A stretch of 58,251 nucleotides of DNA, filler included, from Nemertoderma westbladi (lineage: Eukaryota > Animalia > Xenacoelomorpha): NCBI GenBank assembly GCA_032718475.1. It is 3 parts of 3 records of this genome, joined end to end, with 100 filler letters (N's around TTAATTAATTAA, not from the genome) between each part and the next. Parts side by side here need not be neighbours in the genome. Positions count along the whole stretch, not along the records: positions 1 to 19,565 come from JAUCBJ010007202.1; 2 more parts are not named here. One strand, given 5' to 3'. Position 1 is the stretch's first letter; the number at the start of each line of letters is the position of its first letter. The notes beneath the pieces are model-generated. The model searched no databases, was not told where the DNA came from, and saw only the letters and a program-made list of their open reading frames with translations. Positions 1 through 10,494 of the stretch are shown here, in pieces. Position numbers and translations under genes: made by a program.

Positions 1-183
1 AGCAAAGGCAAACGTATCAGTTATCCCACAAAAGCTTTTACAGATATAGGTAAGTTAACAAATACTAATGATAAGTTGATACTAATGATAAGGGTACAAT
101 ATAATAGAAAGGGAAACACATAAGTATGATTAATGACATTCAGATGTAAATAAAGTTGTTAACATTTGTTAACCTACCTATAT

Positions 184-219
184 CTGATGAAGCACCGCCA
201 GTCGGTACGAAATATATTA
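184..219 (+). ncRNA. Candidate degenerate minimal hammerhead ribozyme (Penelope pLTR-like remnant)
   Basis: CTGATGA (184-190), then A and a stem II GCACCG-ccagt-CGGTAC (one mismatch), then GAAA (209-212) overlapping palindromic ATATAT. Stem I is only ~3 bp. Confidence 0.35.
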
Positions 220-368
220 TAATACTGTTATAATCTCGCAACAAATTTAATTATATTTAGTTTAAATAATGTCGGAAAAATAAAATCGTTCCATCTATGA
301 AATGTGCCGATTTGTATTTCTCTGGCCTCTGTTTGGTAAATAAATTCTGTATTATCTATACAATTGAC

Positions 369-440
369 GCAATTTTGTCGACAGGCCGGCACAGCATCCT
401 TAAAAATGCAGCTGCAATGCAGCATGCCGATACTAGTAGT
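369..440 (+). mobile_element. Short structured dispersed element 3' end (copy 1), ending CTAG(TAG)n
   Basis: Near-identical to 9798-9888 (+) and 15162-15263 (-): GCAATTTTGT..CGGCACAGCAT.CTTAAAAATGCAGCTGCAATGCAGCATGCCGAT.CTAGTAGT. Confidence 0.75.
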
Positions 441-3400
441 TCTCCACTCCTACTACCCCTTTCTACACTCACACTACCCCTTTCTTCGCCCCTACTACCC
501 CTTTCTACACTTACACTACCCCTATATTCACTCCTACTACCCCTTTCTACACCCACACTACCCCTTTCTAAACTCACACTACCCCTTTCTTCACCCCTAC
601 TACCCCTTTCTTCACTCCTACTACCCCTTTCTTCACCCCTACTACCCCTTTCTTCACTCCTACTACCCCTATATTCACTACTACTACCCCTTTCTACACT
701 CACACTACCCCTTTCTACACTCACACTACCCCTTTCTTCGCCCCTACTACCCCTTTCTACACTTACACTACCCCTTTCTCCACTCCTACTACCCCTTTCT
801 ACACTCCCACTACCCCTTTCTTCACTCCCACTACCCCTATATTCACTCCTACTACCCCTTCCTTCACTCCCACTACCCCTATATTCACTCCTACTACCCC
901 TTTCTACACTCACACTACCCCTTTCTACACTCACACTACCCCTTTCTACACTCACACTACCCCTTTCTTCACCCCTACTACCCATTTCTTCACTCCTACT
1001 ACCCCTTTCTTCACCCCTACTACCCCTATATTCACTCCTACTACCCCTTTCTACACTCACACTACCCCTATATTCACTCCTACTACCCCTTTCTTCACTC
1101 CTACTACCCCTTTCTTCACTCCAAATACCCATTTCTCCACTCCCACTACCCCTATATTCACTCCTACTACCCCTTTCTACACTCCCACTACCCCTATATT
1201 CACTCCTACTACCCCTTCCTTCACTCCCACTACCCCTATATTCACTCCTACTACCCCTTTCTTCACTCCTACTACCCCTTTCTTCACTCCAAATACCCAT
1301 TTCTCCACTCCCACTACCCCTATATTCACTCCTACTACCCCTTTCTACACTCCCACTACCCCTATATTCACTCCTACTACCCCTTTCTACACTCACACTA
1401 CCCCTTTCTTCACCCCTACTACCCCTTTCTTCACTCCTACTACCCCTTTCTTCACCCCTACTACCCCTTTCTTCACCCCTACTACCCCTTTCTTCACTCC
1501 TACTACCCCTTCCTTCACTCCCACTACCCCTATATTCACTCCTACTACCCCTTTCTACACTCACACTACCCCTTTCTACACTCACACTACCCCTTTCTTC
1601 ACCCCTACTACCCCTTTCTTCACTCCTACTACCCCTTTCTTCACCCCTACTACCCCTTTCTTCACTCCTACTACCCCTTCCTTCACTCCCACTACCCCTA
1701 TATTCACTCCTACTACCCCTTTCTACACTCACACTACCCCTATATTCACCCCTACTACCCCTTTCTTCACCCCTACTACCCCTTTCTTCACTCCTACTAC
1801 CCCTTTCTTCACCCCTACTACCCCTTTCTTCACTCCTACTACCCCTTCCTTCACTCCCACTACCCCTATATTCACTCCTGCTACCCCTTTCTACACTCAC
1901 ACTACCCCTTTCTTCACCCCTACTACCCCTTTCTTCACTCCTACTACCCCTTCCTTCACTCCCACTACCCCTATATTCACTCCTACTACCCCTTTCTACA
2001 CTCACACTACGCCTTTCTTCGCCCCTACTACCCCTTTCTACACTTACACTACCCCTTTCTCCACTCCTACTACCCCTTTCTACACTCCCACTACCCCTTT
2101 CTTCACTCCCACTACCCCTATATTCACTCCTACTACAGCTTCCTTCACTCCCACTACCCCTATATTCACTCCTACTACCCCTTTCTACACTCACACTACC
2201 CCTTTCTTCACCCCTACTACCCATTTCTTCACTCCTACTACCCCTTTCTTCACCCCTACTACCCCTATATTCACTCCTACTACCCCTTTCTACACTCACA
2301 CTACCCCTATATTCACTCCTACTACCCCTTTCTTCACTCCTACTACCCCTTTCTTCACTCCAAATACCCATTTCTCCACTCCCACTACCCCTATATTCAC
2401 TCCTACTACCCCTTTCTACACTCCCACTACCCCTATATTCACTCCTACTACCCCTTCCTTCACTCCCACTACCCCTATATTCACTCCTACTACCCCTTTC
2501 TTCACTCCTACTACCCCTTTCTTCACTCCAAATACCCATTTCTCCACTCCCACTACCCCTATATTCACTCCTACTACCCCTTTCTACACTCCCACTACCC
2601 CTATATTCACTCCTACTACCCCTTTCTACACTCACACTACCCCTTTCTTCACCCCTACTACCCCTTTCTTCACTCCTACTACCCCTTTCTTCACCCCTAC
2701 TACCCCTTTCTTCACCCCTACTACCCCTTTCTTCACTCCTACTACCCCTTCCTTCACTCCCACTACCCCTATATTCACTCCTACTACCCCTTTCTACACT
2801 CACACTACCCCTTTCTACACTCACACTACCCCTTTCTTCACCCCTACTACCCCTTTCTTCACTCCTACTACCCCTTTCTTCACCCCTACTACCCCTTTCT
2901 TCACTCCTACTACCCCTTCCTTCACTCCCACTACCCCTATATTCACTCCTACTACCCCTTTCTACACTCACACTACCCCTATATTCACCCCTACTACCCC
3001 TTTCTTCACCCCTACTACCCCTTTCTTCACTCCTACTACCCCTTTCTTCACCCCTACTACCCCTTTCTTCACTCCTACTACCCCTTCCTTCACTCCCACT
3101 ACCCCTATATTCACTCCTGCTACCCCTTTCTACACTCACACTACCCCTTTCTTCACCCCTACTACCCCTTTCTTCACTCCTACTACCCCTTCCTTCACTC
3201 CCACTACCCCTATATTCACTCCTACTACCCCTTTCTACACTCACACTACGCCTTTCTTCGCCCCTACTACCCCTTTCTACACTTACACTACCCCTTTCTC
3301 CACTCCTACTACCCCTTTCTACACTCCCACTACCCCTTTCTTCACTCCCACTACCCCTATATTCACTCCTACTACAGCTTCCTTCACTCCCACTACCCCT

Positions 3401-4956
3401 ATATTCACTCCTACTACCCCTTTCTACACTCCCACTACCCCTATATTCACTCCTACTACCCCTTCCTTCACTCCCACTACCCCTATATTCACTCCTACTA
3501 CCCCTTTCTTCACTCCTACTACCCCTTTCTTCACTCCAAATACCCATTTCTCCACTCCCACTACCCCTATATTCACTCCTACTACCCCTTTCTACACTCC
3601 CACTACCCCTATATTCACTCCTACTACCCCTTTCTTCACTCCTACTACCCCTTTCTTCACTCCAAATACCCATTTCTCCACTCCCACTACCCCTATATTC
3701 ACTCCTACTACCCCTTCCTTCACTCCCACTACCCCTATATTCACTCCTACTACCCCTTTCTTCACTCCTACTACCCCTTTCTTCACTCCAAATACCCATT
3801 TCTCCACTCCCACTACCCCTATATTCACTCCTACTACCCCTTTCTACACTCCCACTACCCCTATATTCACTCCTACTACCCCTTCCTTCACTCCCACTAC
3901 CCCTATATTCACTCCTACTACCCCTTTCTTCACTCCCACTACCCCTATATTCACTCCTACTACCCCCTTCTTCACTCCCACTACCCCTATATTCACTCCT
4001 ACTACCCCTATATTCACTCCTACTACCCCTTTCATCACTCCCACTACCCCTATATTCACTCCTACTACCCCTTTCTTCACTCCTACTACCCCTTTCTTCA
4101 CTCCTACTACCCCTTTCTTCACTCCTACTACCCCTTTCTTCACTCCTACTACCCCTTTCTACACTCAGACTACCCCTTTCTACACTCACACTACCCCTTT
4201 ATTCACCCCTACTACCCCTTTCTTCACTCCTACTACCCCTTTCTTCACCCCTACTACCCCTTTCTTCACTCCTACTACCCCTTTCTTCACTCCAAATACC
4301 CATTTCTCCACTCCTACTACCCCTTTCTACACTCACACTACCCCCTTCCCCACTCCTACTACCCCTTTCTACACTCACACTACCCCTTTCTTCACCCCTA
4401 CTACCCCTTTCTTCACTCCCACTACCCCTTTCGTCACTCCCACTACCCCTATATTCACTCCTACTACCCCTTTCTTCACTCCCACTACCCCTATATTCAC
4501 CCCTACTACCCCTTTCTTCACTCCTACTACCCCTTTCTTCACTCCAAATACCCATTTCTCCACTCCCACTACCCCTATATTCACTCCTACTACCCCTTCC
4601 TTCACTCCCACTACCCCTATATTCACTCCTACTACCCCTTTCTACACTCACACTACCCCTTTCTACACTCACACTACCCCTTTCTTCACTCCTACTACCC
4701 CTTTCTTCACCCCTACTACCCCTTTCTTCACTCCTACTACCCCTTTCTTCACTCCAAATACCCATTTCTCCACTCCTACTACCCCTTTCTACACTCACAC
4801 TACCCCCTTCTCCACTCCTACTACCCCTTTCTACACTCACACTACCCCTTTCTTCACCCCTACTACGCCTTTCTTCACTCCCACTACCCCTATATTCACT
4901 CCTACTACCCCTTTCTTCACTCCTACTACCCCTTTCTTCCCTCCAAATACCCATTT
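441..4956. repeat. 21-bp minisatellite (~215 units, consensus CTACTACCCCTTTCTTCACTC) with a 1239-bp higher-order duplication
   Basis: Visible tandem array with 7-aa periodicity in every open frame. Rare variants recur 1239 bp apart (G at 1880/3119 and 2011/3250; AG at 2137/3376). Confidence 0.97.
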
Positions 4957-5021
4957 CAAAGGCCGCCAAATCTTGGCTTTCCAACGATATAAAGGCCGCC
5001 AAATCTTGGCTAGTCGTAGGG

Positions 5022-5318
5022 TCTTGGGCGGCTTTGCGACAGTTAGGCCTCACTGACACCCATTGGGTGTCATATGACACCCTATTATCACCCATAGGGT
5101 GTCATTGGCGCCAGACTGTCTGGGTGACACCTCCCAATTAGACTAATTAGACCCTAATTGATAGGTGGCATCAATTAATTAGTAGAATTAAACCCTAATA
5201 GGTGTCTTACGACTCCTAATTAGGGTTTAATTGATTATCCTAATTAATCAGACTGATTAGCGCCCTGACACACAATGGGTCATCAGTGTTGTCCAACTGT
5301 CGCAAAGCCGGCGCAAGA
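5022..5318. mobile_element. Foldback/MITE-like element with ~25-bp imperfect terminal inverted repeats
   Basis: TCTTGGGCGGCTTTGCGACAGTTAGG at 5022 versus CCAACTGTCGCAAAGCCGGCGCAAGA ending 5318. Inner IR: CACTGACACCCATTG / CAATGGGTCATCAGTG. Confidence 0.55.
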
Positions 5319-5679
5319 GGGTGTCATAAGTGACACCGCAGCTCTTTTATTTATTAAATACTTATTTATTTGTATTTAATTTTAATTAATTATTTGTATT
5401 TATTTAATTATACTTTATTTTAGATTTACCAATAATTAGTTTTATATATTGGTTTCTATATGACCTCATTGACTTTCATCTCGTTATACTTAGACATAGG
5501 GTATACAGCTCCCTTACTGGTAACTAATTACTCTTATCTATATCCAGACAGCTTTATCGTTGACCTTTGACCCCCAATTAGCTTTAACCAAGCAACAGCT
5601 TATTAATAATAGTTGTATCCAAGCGCCCCGCCCCCCTCTCGTGACACCTCTGATTACTAATTACTCTTACCTATATCCA

Positions 5680-6150
5680 GCCGTCTGCAGTTCCATAGTC
5701 TGCCGCTAGAGTGCGTATGATCTGAAAATTAACATCTTCTCTAACTTTGTTATTTTCATTCCGAATAGGTTTAAACTCGGTAGGCCTCTACTACGGCATA
5801 GGCCATATCTTTTGCGGAGTCATAGAGTAGTCTGAAGTTCCCCTGTCTGCCGCTAGAGGGCGTATTATTTGAAAATTAACATCTTCTCTAGCTTTGTTAT
5901 AGCTTAGCTCTAGCTTAGCTAGCAGTCCGCAAAACTATGAAGTTATATTGCTTAAGAGTTCTGAGGGGCAAGCCACGAAGCAAGATGTTTGAGACTTATT
6001 TAGATATATTATTACCTAATTTTGACCCCTCCAGTCGGTATCTATTACAATATGCGCTATATATTTTGCAGAATCACAGAGTATTCTGAAGTTCCCAGTC
6101 TGCCGCTAGAGGGCGAAATGTCTCAAAGTGAAAACCATATGGTAGCCATG
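5680..6150 (+). repeat. Fragment of the GCCGCTAGAGGGC ~150-bp-unit repeat family (same family as 39043-40315)
   Basis: Three degenerate units with GTCTGCCGCTAGAG(G/T)GCG near 5700, 5847 and 6100, in the same flanking context as the 39-40 kb units. Confidence 0.7.
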
Positions 6151-6202
6151 AATTGGTCACTAGGCAATAATACTGCATTTTGCAACGTTAGGCCTATTGC
6201 TG

Positions 6203-6294
6203 ACCGAACGAAAACTGCCCTGGTTCATGCAGGGATCGAACCCATGACATACGGGAGATGTGAATTCAACGCAACCACTACACCAAGGTGGAAC
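6203..6294 (-). mobile_element. tRNA-derived SINE head (truncated copy)
   Basis: Minus strand has A-box TGGTGTAGTGG and B-box GGTTCGATCC. Closely matches 18934-19026. Confidence 0.8.
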
Positions 6295-6321
6295 AGTAAG
6301 CTTCGAATTTGTTCGCTGACG

Positions 6322-6836
6322 TGAGGCACTGAGGCATAGACTATGCCTCGCCTCACTGAGGTATAGACTATGCCTCACTGAGGCATAGACTATGCCTCAC
6401 TGAGGCACTGAGACATAGACTATGCCTCACTGAGGCACTGAGGCATAGACTATGACTCACTGAGGCATAGACTATGCCTCACTGAGGCACTGATGCATAG
6501 ACTATGCCTCACTGGGGCATATACTATGCCTCACTGAGGCACTGAGGCATAGACTATGCCTCAGTGAGGCATAGACTATGCCTCAGTGAGGCATAGACTA
6601 TGCCTCAGTGAGGCATAGACTATGCCTCACTGAGGCACTGATGCATAGACTATGCCTCACTGGGGCACTGAGGCATAGACTATGACTCACTGAGGCATAG
6701 ACTATGACTCACTGAGGCATAGACTATGCCTCACTGAGACATAGACTATGCTTCACTGAGGCATAGACTATGCCTCACTGAGGCATAGACTATGCCTCAC
6801 TGAGGCACTGCGGCATAGACTATGACTCACTGAGGC
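6322..6836. repeat. Palindromic 22-bp minisatellite (TGAGGCATAG-A-CTATGCCTCA-C) with 8-bp ACTGAGGC inserts
   Basis: Read directly; each unit is a 10-bp inverted repeat around a single base. Confidence 0.95.
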
Positions 6837-7600
6837 TGTGACGGGATCAAGGGATCCCGACCGGTTGTCAGACTACGCGTCACCGTGGTAATGAAACAAA
6901 AGAGTTTGTTGTTATCTCTCGACACTTGGTAGTTAATTTCGATAAAATGAATTGATAATATATGTAATAGCACAGTTGATAGGTCGACAATAGCACTATA
7001 CAGGTAGGTAGGATATGTAATATGTAATGACGGTGACGGTAAAAGATGTCACCAGTCTGCACTCAAACTAATGACTGGAATAACTGAACTGGTATGAATA
7101 CATTGATAATATATCTAATGAAACATATCATATCAACATATAATAAACATATCAGTGGATGCTTTCCCCCGCTCCTATTGGCTGATAACCTACTTCATGC
7201 CTCTCACCTCTGTGGGAGTGCTTCCCCCCCTCCCCCTGCTGGTTCCGTTGGTTATTTTCCCTCTCGAGGTGGTTTGACCTCTAACCTCCCTTTGTGTGGC
7301 TTTTGGGGTGTGTGTTATCCCCGTTATTGGGTGTGATACGAGATTGGTTGTTATCAATCTCGTATCTCCAATATTGCTGAAAAAGGCGCCACTTACCAAC
7401 TTTATGGGGGTAATGAGGCGGAATTGAATCCGCTCACCACCCCCCCCATGCTATCCTCCCGGTGAGAAGATAGCATCACCTATGAGTGCGCTTCAATTCC
7501 GCTGGAACCCGATCTACTATCGGGTGTGGGCTGGAGTTCTTTTACTTGGAGTCGGCTTTCCAGGCCGTTCCCTCTGGGTATGATATTACTACCCCCTCTT

Positions 7601-7656
7601 GGTGCAACCCCAACCTATGTTGCACCAAGACATCTGGCGTCTCGGTTCGAGACAAT
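7601..7656 (+). repeat. 56-bp exact direct repeat, copy A (copy B at 9889-9944)
   Basis: GGTGCAACCCCAACCTATGTTGCACCAAGACATCTGGCGTCTCGGTTCGAGACAAT occurs identically at both sites. Confidence 0.9.
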
Positions 7657-7659
7657 ATA

Positions 7660-8960
7660 TCAATCATCCCAGGCATGGAAATCGATCAATCTGCTTACTG
7701 GGCGGAAAAGCCAACCAACCACCAAGGTTAAGGCTGAATCACCAGCCGATCGCCTCAATGGTTGGAAAGCCCACTTGAAAAGCTCCTCAATAATGACAGG
7801 GTATTGCCTGATAACTTTATAGAAGTATAAGTGTCTGAGTCTGTACTCCCAGATATTCCCATTGGCAATATCTCCTTTGCAGAAGTGAAGGCTGCTGCAA
7901 AGAGCATTAAGACCAATCGTGCCAGTGGAGTAGATGGTGTTCCCCCTGAGGTCTTTAAAATACCTGAGTGTTTAAAGCTCATCTATCCCATCATAGTAGA
8001 CATGTACCGAACAACAAGAGTCCCACAAGAAATGAAAACAAATAAGTTGGTGCCAGTGCCCAAGAAGGGCAACCTAACACTCTATGGTTCTTTTCGGGGA
8101 ATCTCATTGATCTCGATTGCTGCAAAGCTATACAATAGAATTCTATTAAATCGCATCAGGGATCCCATTGAGAGACTGCTCCGTGGAAATCAGAATGGGT
8201 TCCGTAAAGGTCGTGGGACCATGGAGCCCATTTTGGCACTTAGAAGGATAATTGAAGAATTATCAAAAAAGAAAGACAGACTGTTATATTTGTTGACTTC
8301 TTCAAGGCCTTTGATTCAGTCTCTCGCTCACGTATGTTCAGCATACTTTCATTATATAGGATTCCTGATGAAATTATTGCAGCAATCAGATCAGTATACG
8401 AGGGTTCGACAACATTTGTGTCTACTGTTGACGGTGACACAGAACCATTTTAAGTGTTATGGGGCGTCCTCCAAGGAGACACACTTGCACCATTCTTGTT
8501 CATTATTGTGGTTGACTATGTTCTACGCATGTCCTTAGATCATTATAATGATGATGGGGTGATGATAACTCCACCTACTGGCTCCAAAAGTCGAGGAAAT
8601 CCTGCCAAGAACCTAACTGATCTAGACTTTGCTGATGACTTAGGAGTACTCTCAGAATCACTAGAGGGAGCCCAATGGCTCCTCAGCTCATTATAACATG
8701 CTGCTTCTAGTGTTGGTATTTTTATTAACTCTAGAAAGACCAAAATTTTGACAGTTAACTTTGAAAGTCCGCAGCAATTCTCTGATCAGATGAGCATAAG
8801 CTCAAAGGTTAGTATGCTTGAGCATGTGGATTCGGAAGACAGGTGAGGCGAATACGTAAGGGAAAGGTATGGGCAGCCTTGAATAGGCTTTCCAGGATTT
8901 GGAAGTCACCAAGAGAAACTTAAGGTCCGATTATTTAGAGCAGCAGTAGTTCCAGTACTC
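7660..8960 (+). pseudogene. Degenerate RTE-like non-LTR retrotransposon RT fragment
   Basis: Frameshifted pieces carry RASGVDGVP, FRGISLISIAAKLYNRILLNRI, NQNGFRKGR, FVDF.KAFDS, GVLQGDTLAPFLF and LTDLDFADDL. Confidence 0.9.
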
Positions 8961-9069
8961 TACTTTATTTATTTAAAATTTTGTAAAATCATTTAGCGAA
9001 AATTAAATACTATCAATTGACATTGCTATATAATGCATAGAGATGAAAGATGTTTGGTTTGTAATAAAG

Positions 9070-9797
9070 AAGTAGGGAGATCGACGTAGACAGGGAGACC
9101 AACGTAGAGAAGTTCGCCTACCAGCGACTCCACAGACCGCGGAGATCGCTTGGGACGAAAGACGAGGTGGGACGGGAGACATTGGTACTCGGCTGCGACT
9201 ACTGTGGGAGACAGACCCATCGGGAAAGCAGCTGCCTATACCGGTTCCAACAGGGAACCTTTTGTCTCTACTGCAGAGAACCAAGTCACAGGATGGGGGC
9301 GTGTCCACGGTTGCATAACCGATGTCCAAAGTGCCACTTTCGGGGACACTACGGACGCGAGTGCGACTGGATGAACGACGAGGAGAAGTTCAAAAGATTC
9401 GAGGAGTGGGCCGACGTCGGGGCCATGACGCGCTAGCGCATGAAGGCCCAGGAGTTCAAGTGGGGTTTCTTCCTTATCAATCAGGAGACTCACATAGAAA
9501 TCATAAAGCGGAGGCTACCGTTTACCTACCAAGAGGTAGCAACGGCGGCGTCGTACGCTGGAGTGATGAACACGCAAAGGTATCTGGACAGGTGGACGCC
9601 AGAGAACCGAAGGGAGTTTAGGGATTTCTTGGCTGAGCACGTACCAAAGGCAATGAAAATGATCCTATGGGACGCCACTAGAGGGAGACAACCGGGCCAT
9701 TCTGAGGGGCCACCGGCGAGGCGATATCGGGCACTAATAACACCAGCGCCCAAGGAGCCAACGACCGGGATCAGCAAGGAAGTGGCGGCGAAGGTCC
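9070..9797 (+). pseudogene. Inverted, diverged partial copy of the LTR-element cargo ORF (triple CCHC zinc knuckle and C-terminal region)
   Basis: ORFs 9167-9436 and 9440-9802 align with 10495-11598(-): CDYCGRQTHRESSC, CLYCREPSHRMGAC, CPKCHFRGHYGREC, KRRLPFTYQEV. In-frame stop at 9434-9436. Confidence 0.9.
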
Positions 9798-9888
9798 GAT
9801 AGGGAGTTGTGGCGGTGCAATTTTGTTGACAAGCCGGCACAGCATTCTTAAAAATGCAGCTGCAATGCAGCATGCCGATCCTAGTAGT
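9798..9888 (+). mobile_element. Short structured dispersed element (copy 2)
   Basis: GATAGGGAGTTGTGGCGGTGCAATTTTG...GATCCTAGTAGT; matches copies 1 and 3. Confidence 0.8.
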
Positions 9889-9944
9889 GGTGCAACCCCA
9901 ACCTATGTTGCACCAAGACATCTGGCGTCTCGGTTCGAGACAAT

Positions 9945-10478
9945 TGTGGACTCCTCTCACACAATTTTAAATCTCCACTCCACTCTAAACTGACTCTAAC
10001 TTCTCTCTACTTTCACTCTAACTCCACTCCACTTTCGGACCTCTTTGTCCCTCACTCTGCCTCTTACTCCTCCCCCCCCCCCCCCCCCCCCACATCTGAA
10101 TCGCATCCGTACTCTCTCCACACGCCTCAACACCACCTCTCACTATCTCCCCCTATACTCAACCCTTACTCACTTTACCCCATTCACTCCTGACGAGCCT
10201 CACCCTCCCCTTCCATGCCGTCGCACTTAAGAAGTGTCAAGTGTGTAGTGCCACGTCTAGTCTCCCGTCCTCCTGTTATAGTCGATTGGTCCCCAGTCCC
10301 AGTAGCTAGTTGGAAAAAGGTTACATGACTATACTACTTACTTTGATTATATTGGGTATTGATAATATGATTACATTCTATTGATTACTACATACGTGCA
10401 TACTAATTGCACTTTTATTAAATTTGCACTTAGAAGTTCGTATTACTTCGCATGTGGTGCCTCCCAGGCATCCCCACA
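9945..10478 (-). mobile_element. 3' LTR of BEL/Pao element 1 (534 bp)
   Basis: On the minus strand it starts TGTGG (10478) and ends CCACA (9945), a 5-bp terminal inverted repeat, and follows a polypurine tract directly. The 5' LTR is not present to confirm it. Confidence 0.75.
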
Positions 10479-10490
10479 TATCCCCCTCCA
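10479..10490 (-). other. Polypurine tract (PPT)
   Basis: Minus strand TGGAGGGGGATA immediately before the LTR's TGT; the cargo ORF stop (10495-10497) lies just upstream. Confidence 0.7.
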
Positions 10491-10494
10491 AGTT

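Noticed and set aside
297-5141. Giant ORFs (1614, 1542, 1277 aa) on both strands
   Set aside because: Products of a stop-free 21-bp repeat; open in several frames and on both strands, with starts and ends falling in unrelated repeats.
6203-6294. tRNA gene (also 18934-19026)
   Set aside because: A/B boxes are present but I see no complete cloverleaf; the longer copy continues into a SINE body with tail and TSD.
6837-7369. Possible solo LTR starting TGTGAC
   Set aside because: No matching terminal inverted repeat, TSD, PBS or PPT could be established.
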